NCBI GenBank assembly: GCA_900455085.1
Contig: UGTZ01000001.1
Coordinates: 3,804,661 to 3,828,660, forward strand
DNA from: Providencia rettgeri
GTDB taxonomy: Bacteria > Pseudomonadota > Gammaproteobacteria > Enterobacterales > Enterobacteriaceae
DNA length: 24,000 nt
Direction: 5' to 3'
A model generated the notes under the pieces. That model saw nothing but the letters and a program-made list of their open reading frames with translations. It ran no database searches and was not told the origin of the DNA. How positions within the stretch are numbered: the stretch's first letter is position 1; each line of letters starts with the position of its first letter. Shown piece after piece: positions 1 to 9,862 of the stretch. The position numbers were made by a program, and so were the translations under genes.

Positions 1-134
1 GACTCATTGCGGGGGTTTCGACTTCAAGTACACAACGATCAGTAAAAAAACGTCTGATTTCCGCAATTATTTTTGCGCGCTGTAACAGGTTAGCGATGGG
101 GGGCGGTTGGCTGCCAATTCGCTATATCACTCAT
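1..134 (-). CDS. epmA: EF-P Lys34 lysyltransferase EpmA (PoxA/GenX), 5' end only; frame broken as sequenced
   Basis: Reverse-strand ATG at 134. The translation is [12 protein letters not shown] then [32 protein letters not shown]. This matches the E. coli EpmA N-terminus as I recall it ([44 protein letters not shown]), but only after removing one G from the G6 run at 98-103. The gene is divergent from frdA, as in E. coli, and runs off the window start. Confidence 0.8.
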
Positions 135-848
135 TAAGATGACTCCAAAATAAACTTAGTCGTGCAGTGTACCCACCTCACAGGCAACACACAATGCATT
201 TACACTGATAATGCATATTTATCTGAACGTAAATACTTGCAACTGTCGGCATGATGAGTAAGTAGAGATAGCCTGAAACATGATTAATTCTTATATTATG
301 TGACATATCTGTTACTAAAAAAGCGAAACGATTCGCTTTCTCAATCTATTTTAAAATTTTCTGTTCAAAATTAAATTTATTCTAAATAATAAATAGTGAG
401 ACTCCTCGCAAATTAGCATTCAATATGAATTAAACTCTTCAGCTATAATAATAGTATTAATCACTTATTATTGATAAAACCTGAGTAATTCACTTGGTTT
501 TATACACTAAAAGTCTATGTAAATTTAATGATAATCATTTGAAATTCCTTTTTATTCGGTGTTAACAGCCTAGAAAATCCAGTAATGTAAAAACATTTAT
601 AAAAAGAAGATCTATCTCACACTTTATCGCTAAATTTGGCCAAAACACCCCTCTATATCAAATTTATCTTGAGGACTATTCGCTATAATTCACAGCATGA
701 TAAGTCATTATTAGCTATTATATTATTTACTATTAAAAAACAGATATTTCGTAGTTTAGCTTTAAGTTGAACTGAAAATGACGTAGCTAATTATCAAAAG
801 TATTTAAAAGAATTTATCAATTTTACACTTGAACAATGGAGAAGCGCA

Positions 849-2646
849 GTGCAAACCTTCAATGCCGATTTAGCGATTATCGGGGCCGGGGGCGCAGGCT
901 TACGTGCAGCAATTGCTGCCGCTGAAGCAAATCCCAATATCAAGATTGCTCTGGTCTCAAAAGTATACCCAATGCGTAGTCACACTGTGGCCGCAGAGGG
1001 GGGATCAGCAGCAGTTACTCAGGCTCATGACTCCTATGACTATCATTTTAATGATACTGTAGCTGGGTGGGGACTGGCTGTGTGAGCAAGATGTTGTCGA
1101 CTATTTTGTCGAACACTGCCCAACAGAAATGACCCAACTAGAGCTATGGGGCTGCCCGTGGAGCCGTAAACCAGATGGTTCAGTTAACGTTCGCCGTTTT
1201 GGTGGAATGAAAATTGAGCGTACGTGGTTTGCTGCTGATAAAACTGGCTTCCACATGCTCCATACCCTGTTCCAAACTTCATTAAAATATCCACAAATTC
1301 AACGTTTTGACGAACATTTTGTTCTCGATATCATTGTTGATGAAGGCCAAGTCCGTGGTCTTGTCGCGTTAAATATGATGGAAGGAACAAAAGTCCAGAT
1401 CCGTGCTAATGCCATCGTGATGGCAACTGGCGGTGCTGGACGCGTTTATCGCTACAATACCAATGGCGGTATTGTAACCGGTGATGGTATGGGTATCGCA
1501 TTCCGCCATGGCGTGCCGCTGCGTGATATGGAATTTGTTCAATATCACCCAACTGGGTTACCGGGTTCAGGTATCTTAATGACCGAAGGTTGTCGTGGTG
1601 AGGGCGGGATCCTTGTCAATAAAGACGGCTATCGCTATCTGCAAGACTACGGAATGGGGCCTGAAACTCCACTGGGTAAACCTGAAAATAAATATATGGA
1701 ACTGGGTCCACGTGACAAAGTTTCCCAAGCGTTCTGGCACGAATGGCGTGCAGGCCGTACGATCAGCACTCATCGTGGTGATGTCGTCTATCTGGATCTA
1801 CGTCACCTTGGCGCAGAAAAACTGCATGAGCGTTTACCATTTATTTGTGAATTGGCGAAAGCCTACGTAGGTGTTGACCCAGTAACAGACCCAATTCCTG
1901 TTCGCCCAACCGCTCACTACACCATGGGTGGTATCGAAACGGATCAACGCACAGAAACACGCATCAAAGGCCTATTTGCTGTCGGTGAGTGTTCTTCTGT
2001 TGGCTTGCACGGTGCAAACCGTTTAGGTTCTAACTCATTAGCTGAATTAGTTGTATTTGGTCGTCTGGCAGGTGAAGAAGCCGCTCGCCATGCTGCTGAA
2101 GCAACACCAGCCAATGCAAATGCTATCGAAGCCCGTACTCGTGATATCGAAGCTGACCTCAGCAAACTCATGAACCAAAAAGGGAAAGAGAGCTGGTCGA
2201 AGATCCGCGACGAAATGGGTATTTCAATGGAAGAAGGCTGCGGTATCTACCGTACCCCTGAATTAATGCAAAAAACCGTTGATAAAATTGCTGAGCTGAA
2301 AGAACGCTTCAAACACGTCGAAATTACCGACCATAGCAGCGTATTTAATACTGACCTACTGTACACCATTGAATTAGGCTTTGGCCTTGATGTGGCGGAA
2401 TGTATGGCTCACTCTGCAATCAACCGTAAAGAATCACGTGGTGCACACCAACGTCTCGATGAAGGCTGTACTGAGCGTGATGATGTTAATTTCCTTAAAC
2501 ATACTTTGGCATTCTATAACCCAGAGGGCTCCCCTCGTTTAGAATACAGTGACGTGAAAATCACGAAATCTCAGCCAGCTAAACGTGTTTACGGTGCCGA
2601 AGCTGAAGCTCAAGATAAGGCGAAGAAGGAGCAAGCTAATGGATGA
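849..2646 (+). CDS. frdA: fumarate reductase flavoprotein subunit FrdA; frame broken as sequenced
   Basis: GTG start at 849 with GGAGA at 838-842. The product aligns end to end with E. coli FrdA ([22 protein letters not shown] ... [10 protein letters not shown]). The ORF track splits it into 849-1085 and 1129-2646. [10 protein letters not shown] should read [18 protein letters not shown]. One extra nucleotide within gctgggtgggga (1062-1073) causes the shift. Confidence 0.97.
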
Positions 2647-3374
2647 TATGAAACACCTAAAAATGGAGATCATGCGTTACAATCCGGAAACGGATAGTGA
2701 GCCCCATTTGGTGACGTATGATGTCCCTTACGACGAGCAAACTTCTTTGTTAGATGCGTTAGGCTATATCAAAGATAACCTCGCTCCAGACCTGTCTTAC
2801 CGTTGGTCTTGTCGTATGGCGATTTGTGGTTCTTGCGGCATGATGGTGGATAAAGTACCTAAACTGGCGTGTAAAACATTCCTGCGTGAATACCCGCAAG
2901 GTATGAAAGTTGAGCCATTAGGTAACTTCCCAATCGAGCGCGACCTTGTTGTTGATATGACTCACTTTATTGAGCGTTTAGAAGCGATCAAACCGTATAT
3001 TATCGGTAATGACCGTAAACCTTCTGAAGGCCCAAATAAGCAAACGCCTGCACAGATGGCCAAATACCATCAATTTTTCAGGCTGTATCAACTGTGGTCT
3101 GTGCTATGCAGCTTGCCCACAATTTGGACTGAACCCAGAGTTCATCGGCCCAGCCGCGATCACATTGGCAGAGCGCTACAATTTAGATAACCGAGACCAT
3201 GGTGCGAAAGAACGCATGACCTTGTTAAACGGTGACAATGGTGTCTGGAGCTGTACGTTTGTAGGCTACTGTTCTGAAGTCTGTCCTAAGCATGTCGACC
3301 CTGCTGGTGCTATTCAGCAAGGGAAAGTTGCCAGCGCGCAAGACTTTGTTATCGCCATGCTGAAGCCACGATAA
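2639..3374 (+). CDS. frdB: fumarate reductase iron-sulfur subunit FrdB; frame broken as sequenced
   Basis: ATG at 2639 with AGGAG at 2627-2631; it overlaps the frdA stop (ATGGATGA). Cys clusters are present: [24 protein letters not shown] and [12 protein letters not shown]. The ORF track splits it into 2585-3190 and 3009-3374. The T5 run at 3074-3078 should be T4 to read [12 protein letters not shown]. Confidence 0.95.
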
Positions 3375-3388
3375 GGAGAATTGAAGTC

Positions 3389-3783
3389 ATGACTACGAAA
3401 CGTAAACCCTATGTCAGAGAAATGAAGGGCGACTGGTGGCAAAAGCTGGGTTTTTACCGCTTTTACATCATGCGTGAAAGTACCTCCGTCCTTCAGGTCT
3501 GGTTCAGTATTTTAGTCCTGTATGGGGTATTTGCGCTGAAAAGCGGTCCAGAATCATGGGCTGGCTTTGTTGGGTTCTTAAGTAACCCAATCATTCTTAT
3601 CATTAACATTATTACATTGGCTGCGACATTGCTGCATACCACGACGTGGTTCAACCTTGCGCCAAAAGCCGTCAGTATTATTGTGAAAGATAAGAAAATG
3701 TCTGATGAGCCTATCGTTAAAGGCTTCTGGGCTCTCACGATTGTTGTTACGCGGCAATCTTAGCAATCGCATTGTTATTTTAA
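3389..3783 (+). CDS. frdC: fumarate reductase membrane anchor FrdC; 3' end out of frame as sequenced
   Basis: ATG at 3389 after a [20 protein letters not shown]... matches FrdC. The sequenced ORF stops at TAG 3761-3763 (…IVVTRQS*). Adding one G at acg|cgg (about 3749-3752) gives …[14 protein letters not shown] ending at TAA 3781-3783, which matches the FrdC C-terminus. Confidence 0.9.
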
Positions 3784-3798
3784 TCTAAGGAGAATCTG

Positions 3799-4152
3799 AT
3801 GAATCTAACGCCTAAACGTTCCGATGAGCCGATTTTCTGGGGGTTATTTGGTGCAGGTGGTATGTGGAGTGCTGTAATTGGCCCTGCAATCATCATTCTG
3901 TTAGGAATTTTAATTCCTCTCGGTGTGGCACCAGAAATGCTGAGCTATGAGCGCATTATGGCATTTAGCCAAAGCTTTATCGGCCGCGTTTTCTTATTAC
4001 TGATGATTATTTTGCCAGTTTGGTGTGGTATGCACCGTATCCACCATACGCTGCACGACTTTAAAATCCATGTCCCTGCGACAAAATGGGTTTTCTACGG
4101 TGGCTCAGCAATCATTAGTGTAATTGCAATTATTGGTGTATTTACTCTGTAA
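3799..4152 (+). CDS. frdD: fumarate reductase membrane anchor FrdD
   Basis: Intact 117-aa ORF with [28 protein letters not shown]… and …[16 protein letters not shown] match E. coli FrdD. Confidence 0.93.
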   Translation: MNLTPKRSDEPIFWGLFGAGGMWSAVIGPAIIILLGILIPLGVAPEMLSYERIMAFSQSFIGRVFLLLMIILPVWCGMHRIHHTLHDFKIHVPATKWVFYGGSAIISVIAIIGVFTL

Positions 4153-4183
4153 ATAATGCAATCACCACATTATTTTAATAAAA

Positions 4184-4216
4184 GGTATGACAGCACATTG
4201 TCATACCTTTTCTTTT

Positions 4217-4218
<2 letters not shown>
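4184..4218 (+). terminator. rho-independent terminator after frdD
   Basis: Perfect 9-bp stem ggtatgaca (4184-4192) / tgtcatacc (4199-4207) with a 6-nt loop, followed by ttttctttttt. An A-rich left flank could also make it work for the convergent tetR. Confidence 0.75.
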
Positions 4219-4837
<619 letters not shown>

Positions 4838-4840
4838 CTA

Positions 4841-4893
4841 TTGACACTCTATCACTGATAGGGATACATTCCAAATCTATCAATGATAGAGAA
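4841..4893. promoter_or_regulatory. tet divergent control region: TTGACA -35 hexamer plus two tet operators
   Basis: actctatcactgataggga (4846-4864) and atctatcaatgatagagaa (4875-4893) are both close to the palindromic tetO consensus TCTATCAnTGATAGA. TTGACA at 4841-4846 abuts operator 1, as in the Tn10 tetA promoter (from memory). Confidence 0.85.
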
Positions 4894-4900
4894 ATGAATA

Positions 4901-6097
4901 ATGAATAAATTTGCGATCACTGCATTAACGATCACCGCCCTTGATGCTATGGGGATCGGTTTGATCATGCCTGTTTTACCAGCCTTACTCCGTGAGTATG
5001 TGACGCTAGAAAACTTGGCAAATCATTACGGTATCTTGCTGGCTTTGTACTCCATCATGCAGGTATTTTTTGCCCCAATACTGGGCAGATGGTCTGATAA
5101 ATTCGGTCGCAAGCCTATTTTGTTGATCTCCCTTGCAGGAGCCGTACTGGACTACAGTTTATTGACTTTATCGAGCTCACTTTGGATGCTGTATTTAGGC
5201 CGTTTAATTTCAGGGATCACTGGCGCAACAGGCGCCGTAGCGGCTTCTGTTATTGCCGACAACACTGCCCCCACAAGAACGCACTAAATGGTTTGGGCGA
5301 TTAGGCGCAGCATTTGGCGTGGGGTTAATCGCCGGCCCTGCGATTGGGGGCTTTGCAGGGCAATTTTCCCCACATTTACCTTTTGTTATTGCGGCTATTT
5401 TGAATGCGTGCTCTTTTGTCGTGATCTGGCTTATTTTTAAAAATAAAAATGCCATACAGAATGATCAAAATGAAACTGTAGAGCTGTCAGTTCCCTTCAT
5501 ACAGCTGATAAAACCCGTTATTTTGCTACTTTTTGTCTTTTTTATGGCACAGTTAATTGGTCAGATCCCTGCAACAACCTGGGTGCTATTTACCGAAAAT
5601 CGCTTCCAATGGAATAGTGTGCAAGTTGGTTATCTTTGGCGGGCTTAGGCGTTATGCATGCCCTATTCCAAGCTTTTATTGCTGGAGCCATTGACAAAAA
5701 ATTCAATGAAAAGGTAACAATCATTGTCGGCTTTGTCGCAGACGGAAGCGCATTTATTATTTTGTCATTACTCACCGAAGGTTGGATGATTTACCCTACA
5801 TTAATCTTACTCGCCGGTGGTAGTATTGCATTACCAGCACTACAAGGGTTAATGTCAGCTCAAGTTAATCAAGCTAACCAAGGTAAATTACAAGGGATTT
5901 TAGTCAGTTTAACCAATGCCACAGGGGTTATTGGCCCATTATTATTTAGCTTTATTTTTGGCCTTACACTGGCAAATTGGGACGGCTGGGTGTGGCTAAT
6001 TGGCGCGATAATGTATATTTTCTTGATCGTATTTATTTTATCTTTTTATAGAAGTAGCAGACAGATAGTTAAAATAGTGACACGACCAGCAAGCTAA
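4901..6097 (+). CDS. tetA: tetracycline efflux MFS pump TetA (class J/H-like); frame broken twice as sequenced
   Basis: MNKFAITALTITALDAMGIGLIMPVLPALLREY and GRWSDKFGRKPILL are TetA hallmarks. There are three ORF pieces: 4901-5287, 5253-5648 and 5636-6097. The C5 run 5268-5272 has one base too many (…NTAP/QERTKWFGRLGA). The tt at about 5629-5632 has one too few (…QVG/LSLAGLGVMHALF). The total length of 1197 nt is in frame overall. Confidence 0.9.
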
Positions 6098-6175
6098 ATT
6101 TTAGCATATGAATATTAAATGCTATGATATCCCTATCAGATTTGCTTTTGGTACATGACGTTAAGAGATATTTCA

Positions 6176-6757
6176 ATGACAATACAGCCTAAAAACCAAG
6201 AACAAAACCTGCGGAAGAAAGGCTTGATGACTTAATGAACGCAGCAGAAAACCTTTTTCTTTCCAAAGGTTTTGTCAATACTACGGTTAGCGAAATTGTC
6301 TTATCTGCGGATGTTGCAAAAGGGACCTTTTATCACTACTTCCAGTCAAAAAATGACATTATGGAAGCCTTACGCTCTCGCTATATGGATTGGTATCTAA
6401 GCCACATTCAATCTGCTTTAGATTCGCAAAAAAGTGCATCTGCCAAACTCAAATCATGGTGTGAAAATAGCATTAAATACTATGTTTGAAAAACAAAATA
6501 TTCACGACATGCTATTTCATGACGAATACCACGGACGCAGTAATGATCATGAAACTCGTGCAGTTGAACAGATTAAAGCTATTTTAGCTTTTGGTGAGAA
6601 AAACAAAGCATGGCCAGAATTGCCACATGAATTGATGGCGACAATGATTTATCACTCCATGCATGCTGCTGTTGATAATTTAGCCAATAGTACTGAGTAT
6701 GATCAATATACTTTGGGTGAGATCCTATACCAGCGATTCAGCCAATTGATCAACTAA
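6176..6757 (+). CDS. TetR/AcrR-family transcriptional regulator; frame broken twice as sequenced
   Basis: The N-terminal HTH TTVSEIVLSADVAKGTFYHYFQSKNDI is typical of the TetR family. ATG at 6176 (MTIQPK). The A5 run 6191-6195 lacks one base (…KKPRTKPAEERLDDLMNAAENLF). The T3 run 6485-6487 has one too many (…SIKYYV/EKQNIHDMLF). The span is 582 nt, in frame overall. Confidence 0.75.
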
Positions 6758-6862
6758 CACATTTAATACTGGGTTTTATTTTTTCATCCGAAAAATTTTT
6801 GTATACCCAATAGGGTAGCAATCTTATTTTCTATTACTATAGCTCTATAATTTATGATGATT

Positions 6863-6881
6863 TCCCCCCCTAACGGGGGGA
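6863..6881. other. G/C-only hairpin between convergent genes
   Basis: tCCCCCCC-taac-GGGGGGa: a C7 run 6864-6870, loop 6871-6874 and a G6 run 6875-6880. It lies 18 nt beyond the restored MFS-1 stop. Neither strand has a U-tract, so a terminator role is uncertain. Confidence 0.5.
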
Positions 6882-6898
6882 TTAAATCATGGTTAACA

Positions 6899-8086
6899 CT
6901 AAGCAGGATTTGGTTTTGGCAAACAAGCAGATACAAAGTAAAAAAGCCCACAAACCGCAATAAATAGCCCAACATAACCTAAGTTAAAGTGACTTAAATA
7001 ACTGACAATTAGAGGGGTTGATCCCACCGATAGATGCAGCTGCACTATTATAACCAACACCTAATATTGTTGCCTGTCCGTCAGATTTATCCATCAGTAC
7101 CGCTGATAAATTACACAATATCATCGCTGAGTATGCAGACATAACGACTTGAGCAAAAAAAACTAGAAGCAAATTACCTATTTGTAATAAAAAATAAAGT
7201 GGCGCTGAAAACAATACCATCCCAATAACGCCTATATCAAAAACAAATTTAGCCGAACCATACTTATCTGTTAACCAACCACATATCATCATAAAAACTA
7301 GCAATAAACCGGATGAAAATATTTCATAATAATTTTTTATCTCATCTATCTTTAATTGTTGAATAATTAGTGAGGTTGACAAACTTTGAGAGTAAAAAGT
7401 GACAGTTCCAGGAATAGTAAATAAGAACACCAAAATTACACGATACCAACTAAATATCGTTTTTTTATCTAATTCATTTTTATAATTAGGTAATTTAGCT
7501 CTAAACCAAAAACTAATTAAAATATTAATTAAACCAATTAATAATGGGATCCTCCACCCAATTGACTGCATAGTATCTTCAGATAACGAATTCTTTTAGT
7601 ATAAAAACGATAGCTAATGATGCAATGACCCCACACAAAGAACTACCAACAATAATTGACGAAACTCTAGATCGAATATTTCCATCTAAATCCTTAAATA
7701 AATATGTAATTAGAGAGGGAAATTCACCTGCGAAGCTAAAAGAAAGAGCCAATTGTAAAATTAATATCACTAATGGCGTATAGTTCCCTAATAATTCAAT
7801 GGGTAACAGTGCCATCATTAATGTTGCCGTACCGGTTATCAAGCTTGTTAATACTAGGGCTGACTTTTTTCCTACCGTATCAGCATAGCGGCCGATAACA
7901 TATCCGCCTAAAGGGCGGATTAAAAAACGTAATGCAAAGATACCCCATACCATTTCTGTCGCTTGAGAATAACCTAATTTAGTTAATTCAATACTTAAAA
8001 TAAGTAGATATAGCTGCAAAAACTGCAATATCATAGTATTCCAAAGCATTACCAGCTACAGCACCCAACCTAAATTTCCATTTCAT
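6899..8086 (-). pseudogene. MHS-family (ProP/KgtP/ShiA-like) MFS permease, copy 1; three frame breaks as sequenced
   Basis: ATG at 8086 (MKWKFRLGAVAGNALEYYDIAVFAAIS). The G-N-x-L-E-x-Y-D motif and RPLGGYVIGRYADTVGKK loop resemble the KgtP/ProP subfamily (from memory). Breaks: the A4 run 7997-8000; about 7581-7587 (…ILKEFV/SEDTMQSIGWRIPLL); and the G4 run 7014-7017. Fixing the last extends the tail to …PLIVSYLSHFNLGYVGLFIAVCGLFYFVSACLPKPNPA*, with the stop at 6899-6901. It is a paralogue of 9863-11058. Confidence 0.75.
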
Positions 8087-8137
8087 TTTTATCCCTTTTC
8101 TATTAATGACTTTCCTTGTAGAGAAATATTCTGTCCT

Positions 8138-8921
8138 TTAGGGATAACTCACCAGAGACTCCAAACAAGCAAGAGTAATACCATTTTCTTTTAAAGCCTT
8201 AAATAACCCGCTAGGTGAAGAGTAAGAGCAACCTAGTTTTTCCTTAATACGTTGAATACGCTTATTTTCTGTCGCTTCTGAACAATCTTGCATATAGCTA
8301 ATTTCCTTTACCCGACAATGTGACAATAATAATGCGGATAGTTATTATTTCTTTACGGGTAAAACGAATATTACCAAAGCGCATATAAGGGTGAATATCT
8401 AAAGGTTCAAGCTCTTGTTCACTAAGTTTGTTAATTATATTCACTGGGAATTTAATTTCTTCACGCAATGGTTAAATAGCATAATTATCTTTGTCTTTTT
8501 TCCATGATTCATATGCGAAATCTATAATCGTTGGCCTACATTTATAAAGTGATATCATATCATTTAGTGAAATTTTCTTTCTAGAATTAATGGACGTAAT
8601 TTCATATACATTTCCATACTTAGCACAAAAATCAATTTTCAATTCCCTTTTCTTGGTTTTTGCTAATGTATTTACAAAGCTTTCCGAGTAATTACTCCAG
8701 TATTGAACCCCTGGAGATAACCGTTCACTTAAACGTAAATCTAAATCAGCATTCCAATAAATAAGCAGCCATTCGTAATTGTTTGACATAATACTCACTT
8801 GCTTATTGCTAAGATCAACTCTAGTTATGGATAAATCTATATCATTCCAATTGAAATACTTTGAAAAAAGGTTTGTTAAATTAGAACAGGATTTTTCTAA
8901 TAAATTATTTTCTATATCCAT
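8138..8921 (-). pseudogene. LuxR-type solo regulator, paralogue A; in-frame TAA plus one frameshift
   Basis: ATG at 8921. It is colinear with the intact paralogue 9083-9847. An in-frame stop at 8472-8474 (…DNYAI*PLREE) replaces the TTA (Leu) seen in the paralogue. One extra base in 8323-8333 separates …FTRKEIITIR from LLLSHCRVKEISYMQDCSEATENKRIQRIKEKLGC…, which is the LuxR/FixJ-type HTH. Confidence 0.72.
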
Positions 8922-9082
8922 ACACTATCCTTAATTTGATTATTTTTTAAATTATTAGATTAAAATTAATACTTTTAAAAAACAGTATACTTATTAGCAT
9001 CTGGAAGTTAATGAATTAAAGGCTCCACATCCCTACTCTCAATTAGGTTAATAATTCAATACGTTAAAATAGATATTTTAAA

Positions 9083-9847
9083 TTAAGGGTAACTTACCAG
9101 AGACTCCAGACAAGCAAGGGTAATGCCATTTTCTTTTAATGCCTGAAATAAACCGCTAGGTGAAGTATAAGAGCAACCTAATTTTTCCTTAATACGTTGA
9201 ATACGTTTATTTTCAGTCGCTTCCGAACAACCTTGGATATAACTAATTTCCTTTACCCGGCAATGTGATAATAGTAATCGGATAGTCATCATTTCTTTAC
9301 GGGTAAAACGAATATTACCAAAACGCATGTAGTGGTGAGCATCTAAAATATCTCGGTTATTATCTTCAATTTTTTGAGATAAGCTTATGTCAGCCCTAAG
9401 TGGTAAAATAATATTTTCATTATCTTTCCAGGCATGTTGGGAGTAATCAGAAATAACTGCTCTTAATTTATAGAGTTCTAATAATTCATTACTTGTAAAT
9501 TTTTTTCTTGAATTTATTGAGGTAATTTCATATATACCACCATATTGGGTACAAAAATCCACCTTCATTTCTTTCTTATCTGTTTTAGATAATGTTTTTT
9601 GGAATGCGGCAGAGTAATTATTCCAATATTGAATACCGGGGGTTAATCGTTCCTTTACTTTTTTATCTAGGTCATCATCCCAAAACATTAAAACCCACTC
9701 ATAGTGATTTGAAATAACTTTTACCACGTTATTTGTTACATCCACTCTACTGTAAGTCACATCCATATCATTCCAATCGAAATATTTTAAAAACTTATCA
9801 CCAAAACCAGAACAAGACAGTTCTAAGTGTTTATTTTCAATATTCAT
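9083..9847 (-). CDS. LuxR-type solo regulator, paralogue B (intact): unrecognised ~185-aa N-terminal domain plus C-terminal LuxR/FixJ HTH
   Basis: Intact 254-aa ORF. The SD AAGGGGGA lies 15 nt after the stop of the upstream permease. The C-terminus FTRKEMMTIRLLLSHCRVKEISYIQGCSEATENKRIQRIKEKLGC is a LuxR/GerE-type HTH. The N-terminal domain carries YF-WND-D (22-29), YEW (49-51), PG-QYW-NYS (70-79) and YEITSINSRKK (106-116). I cannot recognise AHL-receptor or receiver-domain motifs in it. Confidence 0.8.
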   Translation of the reverse strand: MNIENKHLELSCSGFGDKFLKYFDWNDMDVTYSRVDVTNNVVKVISNHYEWVLMFWDDDLDKKVKERLTPGIQYWNNYSAAFQKTLSKTDKKEMKVDFCTQYGGIYEITSINSRKKFTSNELLELYKLRAVISDYSQHAWKDNENIILPLRADISLSQKIEDNNRDILDAHHYMRFGNIRFTRKEMMTIRLLLSHCRVKEISYIQGCSEATENKRIQRIKEKLGCSYTSPSGLFQALKENGITLACLESLVSYP

Positions 9848-9862
9848 ACATCCCCCTTAAAT

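Noticed and set aside
320-339. The ACGA tetraloop hairpin as another guanidine-II element.
   Set aside because: It is a single hairpin with an A/T-rich stem, not G-C closed as in mini-ykkC. It has no partner hairpin and no downstream exporter gene. The ACGA loop is probably coincidental.
640-848. An FNR box (TTGAT-N4-ATCAA) for the frdA promoter.
   Set aside because: ATCAA and TTGA half-sites occur (657-661, 669-672, 816-820 and 471-475). None has a correctly spaced partner half-site, so no site is reported.
6102-6124. The inverted repeat TAGCAT-N11-ATGCTA upstream of the TetR-like gene as its operator.
   Set aside because: The arms are only 6 bp in very AT-rich DNA, which is expected by chance. 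It is worth testing only if the regulator is studied.
6784-6975. A 63-aa minus-strand ORF (MLGYLLRFVGFF…).
   Set aside because: It is an out-of-frame reading of the restored C-terminal tail of MFS-1 that continues through the C7/G6 hairpin. It has no independent support.
9083-9847. The LuxR-B N-terminal domain as a classical AHL (autoinducer) binding domain or a response-regulator receiver.
   Set aside because: I could not align the conserved AHL-receptor residues (the W/Y/D-P/W/G pattern of LuxR/TraR) or the acidic pocket and Lys of receiver domains. There is also no luxI or kinase gene nearby. A PAS4-like fold is possible but cannot be established by eye.
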